From NCBI GenBank assembly GCA_002269645.1, contig NIVC01001269.1, positions 124,001 through 188,000 on the forward strand: 64,000 bases of DNA, read 5' to 3'. The DNA comes from Macrostomum lignano. Its lineage: Eukaryota. A program made the position numbers and the translations under genes. The notes under the pieces were generated by a model. That model made no database searches. It saw only the letters and a list, made by a program, of their open reading frames with translations, and was not told where the DNA came from. How positions within the stretch are numbered: position 1 is the first letter of the stretch; the number at the start of each line of letters is the position of its first letter. Positions 36,480-50,074 of the stretch are shown one piece after another.

Positions 36480-37283
36480 TGTCACGATTATTGATGTAGT
36501 GGCTAGCTATGGCTATGACCCTTAAAAGGGCCGTTTTGACGAGAGTTGCAGTAAGTCTTAGTTCCAAAATAAATCAAAGTCAATTCTTGCAAGCGGATTG
36601 TGTAGCGGAGCACTTGGCGATAAAGGCAGGAAACTGCCGTAGTTGTTTTTATTGTTGAGATCAATATTAGGATTGGTTATTACTGTCAATACACAAACTA
36701 TAGCTTTCTGGGCACTGGCGGCTGCAACAATGGTTTTTTGAAGATAATTAGAATATGAAGTCGAGTGGCAGACGAATGATGCAATGGCGACGCAACGTGA
36801 TGAGCAATGGCGATGAGCACGGTGAAGGTAGTGAGTAGCAGTAGGCAGGCAGATGAGTAGTGGCGAGATTGGCGTTAGCCGTGGCAGTACACAGTGAAGT
36901 AGTGTGTAAACAGGCTGGCCCAGACAGAGGGGCCGTGGCGAGAGATAAGGAGGCTCGAGGCAGCCAGACAAGAGAAGAACGCGAGAACCAGACAAGTGGA
37001 GGCCCCAGCCCGCCAGGCGAGGGTTAATAAAGGAGCGCAGAGGGGGGGGGGTAGCGCGAAGCACGAGTGGTTTCATTGGCTGGCTAAAGAACTTAAAATT
37101 ATCGATCGTGCAAGTTTTCTACGGTCGCATGAAAGGATAGCAAAGTACGCAGTGAATTAGCAACAGGCACAGATTCGTTGGGCACTACTACAAGTAAACG
37201 TTAAAATAAACGATTGGAGAAATTGTAGAGGAGCTACAGTCCAACGGCCCTTTTCGGGACCACTTTAAACTGGCAACGTCACA
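36480..37283 (-). mobile_element. Solo LTR (804 bp), related to 15643-16330
   Basis: Termini tgtcacg...cgtcaca; 4-bp TSD ttgt; shares aaattatcgatcg, ttgggcactact, aacggccctt and taaactg.caacgtcaca with the first LTR. Confidence 0.85.
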
Positions 37284-38688
37284 TTGTTTTCTCGCTGCTG
37301 CGACGTCACAGGATCAATTTAATATACGGGGAGCGGGCCGCAACCCCAGGAAACGACAGTATAATGTACGTACATGTATAGATGTTCGCGCTCAGCTCGT
37401 ATACATGTTTTCAACAGATGCCATGAGGAGCCCAAAAAGGTAATTTTTCTCATAATATGACTGATCTACCCCCTATATATTGTGGCGGCCCGACAAGTGG
37501 CCCTCTGGAGAGCAGGGCCCTCTTGTACGCAGGCGCGCTGTACGCCTGCATGTGAACTGGGTGATCGAGTTTTGGCCATTCAGCCAGGACAGCTCTCGAT
37601 CTGACTCGATCACTCCTCCTTATTCTTTGGCGCTTATAAAGAACTATGCCTAACAAATATACTCGAAAAATCTAGTTTTTTGCTCACTTGCAACATTTCA
37701 ACTGCCAATCGCAAGTCTCTTCTAATTGTTTTTAAACATTTAGCCAAATCGTAAAAATATATTATGCATCGACATACATGTAGCTTTTGCTTTTGGCACA
37801 ATAAAGCAAACCATACATATGTATAGGTATGTACTATGCACGAAATCGAAATGTTTACATTGCACATAGGCCTATCATAAACCTGAAATATCACAAATCC
37901 GAAAAATCGACCATAACTCTAAAAACCAAAATAGACCGTTTGGGTGTTGCTAGCTAGCACTTTTGAACTTATTGATATTTCAGCTAGGTTTTGTGATATT
38001 TTGCGTTTGGGATGGGAAGTGCTATCTCGGTGCTTTGATTTTTCGAGTTTGTGAGCCCCTCCGCCACAAGGATTGGTGTACATAGAAACCGGGTTTTTTT
38101 AAGAATAAAAGCACATATTTAAACAAATCTTATTAAGTAACAAAGCATCTGTCACAGTGTAGTTTACAAATGGAAAACTAGTTAATAGAAATAAATTATT
38201 TAAAAGCGAGGTACTAGTAAATTAAGTAACTATAAGAAACATAATTTGTAATATTTTCATAGAACTCGTTCATAATTTTGTTTGTTGTTGAGGGGTTGAG
38301 GCTGACTAACTGTCAGTATCAGATCAGTAGAGGTGACTGTTAGCTGTTCATATTACTGGATTACCATTTAGAGTTTAATAAAACATTGCATATTTCCTTA
38401 TGGGGCATCTTCTCCATAGAGGGTACTCTTCAATCTTAAAGTACAAAGGCTAGCTGCCTAGCTAGCCTAGCTATAGGCCTAGGCGCATAGGCGGCCTAGG
38501 CTAGGCCTAAGGTCAAGGGGATGCAAAGAGGTGAAGTGGGATCTGGATGCAGGAAGAGGCCCATGTTGTGAAAGTAAAATAAAGTTTAAGTATTCTAGTT
38601 GTATTCTAGAACTAAATCATAAACCCTCAATATTTCTGTTTTTTAATTTTACGTCAAATCTAGTAGGGGGGGGGGCTATGCCTTAGTA

Positions 38689-38993
38689 CATACATGCGCA
38701 ACAGTCGGCCGAGTCGGCCGATCCGGCCGACTGATTTGGTGACCAACCAAGGAAGTCGCAAAAATGCCCACCCGAAAAAATACCGAAGTAGTAGTACTAA
38801 GTAGCTGACGAGGCATTTTGGGTTAATAAGACAGTCATAGTTACTCCTGCCGTTTACCCAAAGTTGCGTTAATTTTGCTTTAGGGTTTTTTTACATGTAA
38901 GTCGCATTTCTGGCCAAAAACTATGTCGCATTTTTGTTAAAACTAAGTCGCACGGCCGACCGAATTTTGGAGGTTGCGCAATGCGCATGTATG
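38689..38993 (+). mobile_element. hAT-type MITE family C, copy 1
   Basis: TIR catacatgcgca / tgcgcatgtatg; exact 8-bp TSD ccttagta. Confidence 0.9.
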
Positions 38994-39256
38994 CCTTAGT
39001 ATTAGACAAATTATGCAAATTAACCTAGGAATATTTCAGTATTTCACCAATTAATATACTATCTTTGTATTATTGATTCAAGTTTAATGCTAGGCCCTAA
39101 AAATGCTATTTAATCAATATAAATCTGTCATTATTTATCTATTCATCTATGTATTATTATCATATCAGTATTACTATTAGTTATAAAATAATAAAATATT
39201 AATTATAAATTTGTTTTTCATTGCATTAACTAGGCCAGGGCCTATAGCAAAAAGCC

Positions 39257-39549
39257 CATGCATATGCAACCTCCAAAATTTGGTCAGCCGTGCGACTTAG
39301 TTTTAACAATGACAACAAGAATGCGACATAGTTTTTGGCCAAAAATGCAACTTACATGTAAAAAACCCTGAAGCAAAATTAACACAACTTTGGTTAAACA
39401 ACAGGAGTAACTATGACTGTCTTATTAAGCCAAAATGCCTCATCAGCTACTTAGGGTATTTTTTGGGTGGGCATTTTTGCGACTTCCTTGGTTAGCCGTC
39501 AAATTGGTCGGCCAGATCGGCCAACTTGGCCAACTGTTGCGCATGTATG
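39257..39549 (-). mobile_element. hAT-type MITE family C, copy 2 (inverted)
   Basis: Diverged reverse complement of copy 1; TSD aaaaagcc / agaaagcc (7/8). Confidence 0.85.
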
Positions 39550-39766
39550 AGAAAGCCCATAGTCCAAAAGCAAAAGGTAGCCTTCATCTCAAATAGCTAA
39601 GTTCAGGCTTAATCCTATAGTTTGGATCATGTATTAATATATGCTACCCCCGGCCTGTTTGTCTGTGGCCCAAACTCCAGTAAACCACCTCAGTCTTTGT
39701 CTCTCTCTCCTCAGTAATCCCTCTCTCCTTTCAATGCCTTTTTTGTCTATGGCCCCACTGAAATTC

Positions 39767-39889
39767 GACAATGCGGTTATTCATAAGTGAGACTTTAGGA
39801 TAATAGATCGGCTCATGAGTGCGCACAGCGTACGAGTGAGCATAGGACTATTATCCTAAAGTCTCACTTACAAATAACCAACCATTGTC
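39767..39889. repeat. ~125-bp palindromic element
   Basis: Perfect 23-bp arms taagtgagactttaggataatag (39784-39806) and ctattatcctaaagtctcactta (39848-39870), with imperfect outer extensions. Confidence 0.8.
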
Positions 39890-40325
39890 AGGAAGGTGTC
39901 TAGGGCCTAGTGGTTGCTAGGGCCTAAAATTTTTGGGCCAAAGTTATAAAATTTATAAAAGTATGCAAAAAATTGGAAATTTGACTTTGTTATATATGCC
40001 AAAATTTCAAAATGATGCCACTTTACTTTTGTGCTGCAATAATAGAACCCTTTTTACATTATGATATAAAGGATTTTTTTCTATTGTTATATTTGATATA
40101 TACATATATATATTATAATAAAATAAGTTTCATGACTATTCCTCCTTTACGTCAACAACTTATAATTATACAAACTTCTTATACCTAAATCTCTAAAATA
40201 CCGGGTGTCCGGATTGAACGGAAACGAAACTGATTTTTTGAATATTTTTTACAATTTCTCAGCAAGACAAGCAGCTGTACCATTTATTTTTGACAACAGT
40301 AAACAGGAAGGTGTCAGCATTGTTC

Positions 40326-41708
40326 TCATTCAAAATGGCCACCATTGGCCGCGATCACGCGCTCCAGCCTCTTCCTGAACTGCTGGCACACCTTCCTCAC
40401 ATAGTTGGTGTCCATTCTCTCCCATGCCAGCCGAACAGCAGCCTGCAGCGCTTTCACACTGCTGTGGCAAGATCTGCAGGCCTCGCTCTCCACACGCTGC
40501 CAGATAGAGAAGTCCAGCGGATTCAGGTCCTGACTGGAGGGCGGCCACATTGTCTTCGGCCAGAAGTTCGCCATGTTGTCCGCCAAGAACTGCTGGGTTG
40601 TGGCCGCTGTGTGAGCCGGAGCACCATCCTGCTGCCACACGTACTGTCTATCAGGGTACTGCTGACATAGCCAAGGCAGCACGTGCTGCTGCTGCAGCTG
40701 CTGGTACTGGGGTTTTTTTTGTCCATAACTTGGGTGCAATTTCGCACCCTGTGCTAGATTTCAGGGTGCGATTTTCAAGACCAGGATGCGCTGCACTGCT
40801 GCAGACAAAAACTGGTCTAATACTAATAGTGTTTCAAAGTTTTTGTCCATCCAAACCATCCAATGATGATCCAAATTCCAAATTCCAAACGCATATCCAT
40901 AACAGTCCATAACAGTAAAACACTAAATTGTAAAACCCGCATCACATCCTTGCAAAAATTTAGGTGCGCTTTTCGCACCCTGAGTCAAATTTTAGGGTGC
41001 GATTTTTAAGACCAGGATGCTATTCGCACCCATTCGCACAAAAAAAACCCAGTGCTGGTAGCATGCAGCATTCACTTTGGTGCCTGGGTTGATGAAAATG
41101 GGGGGACACCTCCGTCCATCGCTCGCAACAACGCCCAGCATCATGATGGAGGCCGGGTGCTTAGACTTCATACTGTACTTCACGTGGGCAGGTGTGTCCG
41201 CGCTGCTGGCGGCGCTGATGTAGCGAGTGTTGCGCCTGTTCATGGCTTGGTCACAGGTGAACAGTTTCTCGTCGCTGAACACGCGCACCAGCGAGCCGTG
41301 GTTCTTCACCCACGTGAGCAACTGCCTGCACCGCTTGAGACACAACACCTGCTTCGAAGTGATGAGGTTCTTCAGCACCACCGCCCTGGACACCATGCCG
41401 AGGTCTTCTTTGACGAGCTCCGACATTGTCGTCTTGCTCATGTCATGCTCACGTGCCAGTCCGCGAATCGACCTTCGGGGATTTCGGTTGACCTTTGCCC
41501 GGACGGCTGCGACGGTCTTCTTTGTCCTTTTTGTCCTCGGATGACCACCCCCATGTCTTTTGGTGACATCTCCTGTGTCGTTCAGCAGCTTCCTCACAGT
41601 GAAAATCCTCTTTCTGCTCACATTGAGCACTTCTCTGATGTTGCTAGTTGACTTTCCAGCGCAAAGTAATTCAGCAATTGCTCGTCTTTGAGCCTCGTGC
41701 TCAGCCAT
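40326..41708 (-). pseudogene. DD37D transposase interrupted by a MITE
   Basis: Removing 40707-41052 plus one 8-bp TSD joins ...KVNAAC to YQQLQQQHVLPW in frame, giving 343 codons (MAEHEAQ...GGHFE*). Confidence 0.9.
40707..41052. mobile_element. 346-bp MITE nested in the maT transposase; same terminal family as 111-459
   Basis: Exact TSD tgctggta (40699-40706, 41053-41060); termini ctggggtttttttt / aaaaaaaacccag. Confidence 0.9.
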
Positions 41709-42225
41709 GGTTAGGAATAAAGCTGCAAGAGTGGATGTATTAAATTCTGTAATTTCTGCTGGTTCTGACACCCGTGCAAAATTTTGAATTTTGCGAAAGA
41801 TTACGTAATTAACAACGTTTTAAGCAGCGTTTCCGTTCAATCCAGACACCCGGTAGACATTATCACATTCCAGTAACACTCTTTTATTTGCAAAACAAAA
41901 TTATCTCTTAGGCTAACCACTACCTTTTCTTTGATTTGAATTATTCTATATTTTATTATAAAATTTATTATAGAATTTGGAGGCATGGGGACCATATCCA
42001 TATATTAATATCCCTTTTGGCTTTTACTCCTATATTGGACTTGATAGTAATGAAAATAATAATAGAGACATTAGAAAAAAACAAATGAATATTTATCAAA
42101 TAGACTAGATAGTAAATTAAAAATTCTAGAATTAAGACTCCAATTTTAGGCCAATGTTAATAAACTAATACAAAGCCGGCTTTTTCTTTGAGAAATTAGT
42201 TTTGTTTTGTATGACTAGTGATGAT

Positions 42226-42483
42226 CATACATGCGCAACCCCTCTGATTTACACTGGCCATGCTACTTACTTTTTGGCCAACAATGCAACTTACCTTTAA
42301 AATTAACCTAAGCAAAATTAATGTAATTTTGGTTAGACGGCAGGAGTAACTATAAGTGTATTATTAAGGTTAAATGCCTTGCCAGCTAATTTGTACTACA
42401 TAAATCTCTGTGGGCATCTTTGTGACTTTCTTGACAGGGCCCCTCGCAGACAGGCTGTATTGGCCAGGTGTTGCGCTTGTATT
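42226..42483 (-). mobile_element. hAT-type MITE family C, degenerate copy 3
   Basis: catacatgcgcaac ... gttgcgcttgtat; internal tttttggccaa, gcaacttac, agcaaaattaa and caggagtaacta match copy 2; no TSD recognised. Confidence 0.65.
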
Positions 42484-42782
42484 CTTAGTATGTAATGAGT
42501 TATGCAAGCTGCACAAAGTGTATTACTACTGTTAGTATTGTAAAAGCATTTCTGCTTCACCAACCTGCCCTATTGAATCGGCACTATCATTCATTTCTTC
42601 ACATTGTTTTATTCAGCAATTGGCATCTCTAATGCTTGGCAGAGCTGCTCTGTAAATCTGTAGAGCTGCAGATCTACAAGCCTTACATAAGCAGAAGACC
42701 GTTGAATAGAAAAAGAGAGGATAAAAAAGCAGAAAGCAGGCAACAATCGGCGGCTGTGGCAGGCCGCCAAGGCCCCAATTTT

Positions 42783-45700
42783 ATGACAGTAGCAGCCGAG
42801 GCAGGCCAGCCTCGCCAAACTCTGCCTGTTGACCAATTAAATAGCAAAACTTATCGCGGCTCTGGCAGCATCATGATGCCCGGAGGTCAAGCTGCTCAGA
42901 ATCGGTCGCCGCAGCAACCGTTAGACCAGCCACCGCAGCAGCCGCAGCCATCGAAAACAGTTCGCCGTCATCCCAATGCTGCCGAGCCAACCCGAGCCGA
43001 GCTGTTGAAGTACCTGGCCTGTCTCGAAGGCGAGTTAGCCGCCAGAGACGCTGCCATTGACAGCTTGCGTCAGCAGAGACAGGAGCAGCTGTTGCAGCAG
43101 GCTCGCAATGGTCGCTACGGCCTGGCCGATCCATACGCTGCTTTGCAACGGGATAGCGAGATCAACTCCACGCCCGGCTTAGTGACGTCATTCGGAGCAT
43201 TCTGCGAATCCGACATTGACGAAGCGGCTTTGAAATCGATGTATGACAGCGAATTGGCTGCTCTGGAGAATCTTATCGATATGCAGAGTCGAGCTCAGCA
43301 ACGGATGCGCGAGCAGATCAATCAGGTTGAACGGCGGTACAGGCGAGTCTGCTCGGAGCTCGAGACCGAACGGCGCAAGCACGAGAAGGACGCCGCGGAG
43401 GGGGACGACGTGCTGGCTGGGCTGGAGAAGGAGCGGGAGCGGTTGCGGTGTGAGGTGAGCAGTTTGGATTAACGGATTTGGGTTAGTGGGTTAGATTGTG
43501 AACTGAATGGTATTCTGGCTACCGTTCAGGCTACGATATGAAGGGATGAGATGCAGGCTACGTTATGAATGAAAGGATGAGATGCAGGCCACGATATGAA
43601 GGGATGAGATGCAGGCTACCGTATGAAGGGATGAGATGCAGGCTACGTTATGAATGAAAGGATGAGATGCAGGCCACGATATGAAGGGATGAGATGCAGG
43701 CTACCGTATGAAGGGATGAGATGCAGGCTACCGTATGAAGGGATGAGATGCAGGCGACAATATGAATGGAGGGATGAGATGCAGGCTACAATATGAATGA
43801 AGAGATGAGATGCAGGCCACGATATGAAATGATGACATGCAGGCTACCGTATGAAGGGATGAGATGCAGGCTACGTTATGAATGAAGGGATGAGATGCAG
43901 GCTACGATATGAATGGATAGATGAGATGCAGGCTACGATAAGAAAGGATGAGATGCAGGCTACGGTATGAAGAGGTGAGATGCAGGCTACGATATGAATG
44001 AAAAGATGAGAAGCAGGCTACGATATGAAGGGATGAGATGCAGGCTACGGAATCAAGGGATGAGATGCAGGCTACGGAATCAAGGGATGAGATGCAGGCT
44101 ACGGAATCAAGGGATGAGATGCAGGCGATAATGGGATAACACAGTTTCAATTACAACAAGTCTGCAAACGGATCAAAAGCCCAACCCAACGCCGCGCCAT
44201 ACCAGCTGGAGTTCGAGCGCCAGCAGAGCCGCAAGCTGGACCGCGAAGTCGCCCGGGTCAGCCAGGCCCTCGCCGACGAGCGCGCCCTGTCAGATCGGCA
44301 GCGCCGCGTGGCGCTCTCTCTGATCCGCGACCGGCGCGCCCTGACCAGCCGGTTGAGCGCCCTGCAGTCGCGCTGCCAGCAGCTCGAACGCGAAGCCGCC
44401 GCTGCCGAGGCCGCAGCCGCCGCCGAACTAGAAGCCGCCGCGTTGGCGAATCGAGTCGACGCCGAGCAGCGTCGAGCTCGGGACCTCGCCGCCGAGGTTG
44501 AACGACTGCGAGCCCTGCTAGCGGCGGCCAGCCACCCAGCCAGTCAGCCCGGCGGCCTGTTAAAGGTCAAGCCGGAGCCTCCGGTCCGACGGACGCCCGG
44601 CCCGACTGTGACAGCGGCGGCGGCGGCGGCGGCGGCTTCCTCGAAGCAGCAACAGCCGGCAGGCGCGAAATCTTCGACAAAGCATTCTCAGCAGCAGCAG
44701 CAGCAGCAGCAGCAGGTTTGTGCAGTGAATGGGAAGTGACTCTAATTTGCGTATGTGTTTAATCTCTACAAAGAGTTTGTATAGATTATTTTTTAGACTA
44801 GACAGTCTAATTGAAGTGTCGGTTGAATTTTTGTCAGTAAAGTGTGACAGTGACTAAAATGTGACAGTAGAATGAGGCTCAAGTGTCAGTAAGTTGGGGC
44901 TAAATGTGTCAGTAATATGTGACTAAAATTTGTCAGTAGAATGAGACTTGTGTGTCAGTTAATTGGAGCAAAAATGTGTCAGTAAATTGAAGCTGAAATG
45001 TGTCAGTAAATTGTGGCTAAAATGTGTCAGTAAATTTGGGCTAAAATGTGTCAGTAGAATGAGGCTTGAGTGTGTCAGTAAAGTGCGGCTAAAATGTGTC
45101 AGTTAATTGGGGCTAAAATGTGTCAGTAAATTGGGGCTGAAATGTGTCAGTAAATTGGGGCTAAAATGTGTCAGTAAATTGGGGCTAAAATGTGTCAGTA
45201 AATTGGGGCTGAAATGTGTCAGTAAATTGGGGCTAAAATGTGTCAGTAAATTGGGGCTAAAATGTGTCAGTAAATTGGGGCTGAAATGTGTCAGTAAATT
45301 GGGGCTAAAATGTGTCAGTAAATTGGGGCTAAAATGTGTCAGTAAATTGGGGCTGAAATGTGTCAGTAAATTGGGGCTAAAATGTGTCAGTAAATTGGGG
45401 CTAAAATGTGTCAGTAAATTGGGGCTAAAATGTGTCAGTAAATTGGGACTAAAATGTGTCAGTAAATTGGGGCTAAAATGTGTCAGTAAATTGGGGCTGA
45501 AATTTGTCAGTAATATGGGGCTGAAATGTGTCAGTTTGTAAACAAAATTGAGTGTTCGGTGGCAAAATAACACATTTATTATTAATAAATCATATTTACT
45601 TTGCTAATCGTTGCCTCTAAATTTCGACGCTTAATTTTGTTTAAAGAAATCTATCTAATATTCTAACATGCCGCTTGTGATGAGTTGTTAACACGACGAT

Positions 45701-48700
45701 TTAATATTTCGCTTCGGATAACGAGTCATAATAACTGTTAATGTTTTTCTAAACTCATATTTATGTTATCTTAATTGTTTTGCTATCAAGTGCTTTGAGT
45801 GCTTTAGCTGAAATCAGATATTCACTCTTTGTCTGATTATTAATCAGTTTTTTATTTCCTTAATTGTTTTAAAAGCTCGCCTTGATATCTAGTCAGACCT
45901 GTTTCTTATGCCCAAGGACGTCAAGGAAAAATTAGACGTCTGGATTGGAAGTAGGCGATTTAATAACATCACAGCTACAATTGCTTACCCAAGAGCACAA
46001 ATTGTCAATAATGTCGCATTATTTAATATTTAGTAACCCCGGTTTCTTTGTTAATAAAAATTTGTTATAATGAATACAATCTATGGGAAAAATCGATTAT
46101 TTTATTGCAAAACTTTTTTATTTTTATGATTTTTTAATCCAAATCCATTATTGGTTGTAGATTTCTTTCTTAGAAATCTGCCTCACCTCGCGTTCCTGTT
46201 ATGGCAATCGAAAATCACAGAATACAGACAGAATATGATCAATAAATAACCATATTGCGTTGTGAACTTTTACCTGATTGTTTAATCACTGATGCCACAT
46301 TGTACTTATATATAAATATTATTGCAGTGTTTTGTATCTGTGCAAACGTAATGCTTAGGGCCTTCAAATATTGATTTTCAATAATTTTATTGTGTTTTAT
46401 GCGACCAAAATCCTGTTTTTAAAAATTTATGTTGTATATTTTTTAATTAAAGCAAACATGTACTCCATGTCCCTTCTATTGTGTGCATGTACTCAGTAGT
46501 AGCATGTATAGTAAATTATTATTTACATGTACATTATAAACCAATGTTAAAAAATTGAATATTAAAGATTCAGATTGAGTATAAAAAGTAATGGGTAAAA
46601 TTATTAACTAAGTGTGAAGACTGCCTACATTTTTGATGCTTTTCTCTCTGGTAAATAATTGCGCAAGCTTTTTTCTATTCAAACGATGCACTTTCATGCA
46701 CACAGCAATCTGTATATTGTAACTATTTTGCTCGTTTTGACGGTCATTTGTGTTTATATCTGTTTATAGTATATATCTATATATATATCTATCTATAGAA
46801 GCTCTAACTTTTATACCTTAACAATGGTTATAACAGTAACACTGTGCATATAGATATGCTTAATAATCCTCATTATAACAAAGCAACATGTTTGCTTGGC
46901 TTTTCTCTGTCTTTTTTGGCGTGTAACACATTGCTAAATAATAATAACAACAACAACTAATTTAACAATTAACAGCGTTTGCAGTTCAAATTATTTATAA
47001 TCTGATGCTTAACTTGTTGGCCTGTTTTAGTCTCTATTAGCTTTGGACATAGACATTTTGCCTAAGCTACACTTTGAGAGCGAGGGGAGGCTATTTGTGG
47101 GGTCGAAGCCCCAACCACCACTCACTACCATAGACTATTAATTTGTTTTTCTAATAAATAAGCTTCATAAATTCCCGCGCAGTCAATAGAGTTTTGGCCA
47201 TAGACATTTAAGTTACACTTTGAGAGCGAAAGGAGGGGGTGTTGGGGCGGAGCGCCGGAGTCCCACTCACTACCATAGACTATATAGTTTTGGCCAGAAA
47301 CCACCACCACCAGGCTCTAGTCAACATTGAAAATTCCATTATTAATTTTTAAAAATCTAAAACAAAAGTAAACGGAACTGACTAACGGTTAATCGTATGT
47401 ACTTGGGATGTACTTTATATTACACATATATTACCGTTTTTGCCAGTAGATATAGATGAGACCTGCGAAATCCTTTATACATACTCGTACTGCTATAATG
47501 TGAGGATTAATTGCACTTGCTTTTCCGGCAGTTTAGCAGAATAATTTTATTGCCCGTTGATCTGTCGGGGGGATCTCTGGCTCTCTGCGTGGCACTTCTT
47601 GGGATCTTGGGATTTTAAAAAAAGTATTTTTGTTGGTTAAGCGTGTGTTATTGCATAGCCAGTTGTAGTGTAGCATATGAAGTATGAAGTTTATGTATTG
47701 TATAATTTACAAAGCTTTTTACCAATTTTCAACCGGTAGACTAACTGCCATTATGAGGCAATTGAAGATTCGAAGACTTCTGCTGACTGTTACTCAGACC
47801 TGTCTGCTTCGATCGGATCAGGCAATGGTGAGTCGGTAGTGAGATGATTGAATATATAGTAATTTAACTTACTGAAGTACTTTTTTACGAGCGTAGTGTG
47901 CTGTATTTGCAGACTGTAGCTCGTACTATAGCCTGTATTATAAAGCCTGTACTGTAAACTTTAATATACAGATTGTACTGTAGCCTGTAGTATACAGTCT
48001 GTACTGTAGTATACAGTCTACTGTAGTATACAGTCTGTACTGTAGTATACAGTCTGTACTGTAGTATACAGTCTGTACTGTAGTATACAGTCTGTACTGT
48101 AGTATACAGTCTGTACTGTAGCCTGTAGTATACAGTCTGTACTGTAGCCTGTAGTATACAGTCTGTACTGTAGCCTGTAGTATACAGTCTGTACTGTATG
48201 TAGTCTGTATAAGACTCGTACAACACTAGCAGTTGTACATTGATGTCACCGCCAATCAATCCAGACAGAAGCAGCGGCTCGATCTCCTGCAATATCCGTG
48301 TGTCTGTTCGTTTGCCCCGCCTTGGCAGTCTGCCAATCGTCTGTCTGGCAGGTGTCAGACGCCTAGCATTGGGGTCGCTTAGCAACAGACAGGACGCTGT
48401 CGATCGAATTCGATTATCGATTGACGATTGCGCCAATCAACTGCTGGTGGAGTGCCTGGGTGCTGATGAGGCTGATTTGGAGATGCTTCAGGTAAGCTTT
48501 TGTGAATTTGTAAGATTTTAAGATTGTAAGATTTTGTGGTCTGTGTACAGCCTGCTGTATTGTCTGTGTACAGCCTGTGTTATTGTCTGTGTACAGCCTG
48601 TGGTATTGTTTGTGTACAGCCTGCTGTATTGTCTGTGTACAGCCTGTGTTATTGTCTGTGTACAGCCTGTGGTATTGTTTGTGTACAGCCTGCTGTATTG

Positions 48701-49781
48701 TCTGTGTACAGCCTGTGTTATTGTCTGTGTACAGCCTGTGGTATTGTTTGTGTACAGCCTGCTGTATTGTCTGTGTACAGCCTGTGTTATTGTCTGTGTA
48801 CAGCCTGTAGTATTGTTTGTGTACAGCCTGCTGTATTGTCTGTGTACAGCCAGCTGTATTGTCTGTGTACAGCCTGCTGTATTGTCTGTGTACAGCCTGC
48901 TGTATTGTCTGTGTACAGCCAGCTGTATTGTCTGTGTACAGCCTGCTGTATTGTCTGTGTACAGCCTGTGGTACTGCCTGTGTACAGCCTGTGTTATGAT
49001 ATGTGTACAGCCTGTATTATAGATCGTGTACAACGTGTTGCATTCTGTGTACAGCCTGTTGTAGTGTCTGTATACAGCCTGTTGTAGTTTCTGTGTACAG
49101 CCTGTTGTAGTGTCTGTGTACAGCCTGTATTATGGACCGTGTACATCGTGTGGTATATTCTGTGTACAGCCTGTACCAACTGTCCCCAATGGTCAAAGCC
49201 CATGGGGGTGCTTCAGCGCTCTGCAGGTACATTGGGTACTTGCTCATCAGCTGAGATCATTTGTGAATTTAAACCCCGCAGTCCCGCTGCTACGAACTGT
49301 CTGGGCCAACAGCTGTGCCGGCATCACCGTCGCCTGTGATTCAAGGCACAGTCGGCATTGAAGATCCCGCCGAGGCCAGCGGCTGCAGTCTGGCCAGCGC
49401 TGTGGCCACCGGATTTCCGCCCGGCTGGATTCGCCGCTGCCAGCTGACGCTGTGGCGCCACTCTTGCCTGATCCTGGCCGGGCCGCTGCACTGCAGCAAG
49501 CGGCACGCTGCCCGGCACCTGGCGGAGGCGATGCAGCGACGGGCACAGCTGGACGGCCTGTCAATGCGGCAGCTGAGCCACGACTGCCTGGACTGGGAGG
49601 CCTTCGATGCCTGGCTGGCCGCGGCGGGACTGGGCGACGACTCCGATGCTGATGATGATGCTGATGCTGATGATGCCAATGATGCTGGCCGTGATTCTGC
49701 GGCTACTGATGGCGGTGAAGATAGCCCGGCGCTATGGTGAGGGAGGCAGGCAGACAGACAGACAGACAGACACTAAGATAA

Positions 49782-49813
<32 letters not shown>

Positions 49814-49877
49814 GCACAGACAGACAGACAGAAAGACTGACAGACAGACATAAAGACTGACAGACAGACAGACAGGC

Positions 49878-49910
<33 letters not shown>

Positions 49911-50018
49911 GGCAGGCAGGCAGGCAGGCACAGGCAGACAGACAGACTGACAGACAGACAGACAGATAGACAGGCACAGACAGACAGACAGAAAGACTGA
50001 CAGACAGACATAAAGACT

Positions 50019-50074
<56 letters not shown>

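Larger units (their letters stand above)
40201..41853 (-). mobile_element. maT/mori-family (DD37D) Tc1/mariner DNA transposon
   Basis: 26-bp TIRs ccgggtgtc(c/t)ggattgaacggaaacg; TA TSD; the transposase has FSDEK, QQDGAPAH and DLNPLD with 37 residues between the 2nd and 3rd catalytic D. Confidence 0.93.

Noticed and set aside
15643-37283. One giant LTR element carrying the GH31 gene
   Set aside because: The two LTRs differ in length and sequence, and each has its own TSD, so they are independent solo LTRs
38800-38860. ctgacgag / ctgatgag in MITE family C, and ctgatga in the 32/35-bp array, as possible hammerhead ribozyme cores
   Set aside because: No stem II followed by GAAA and no closing helices found
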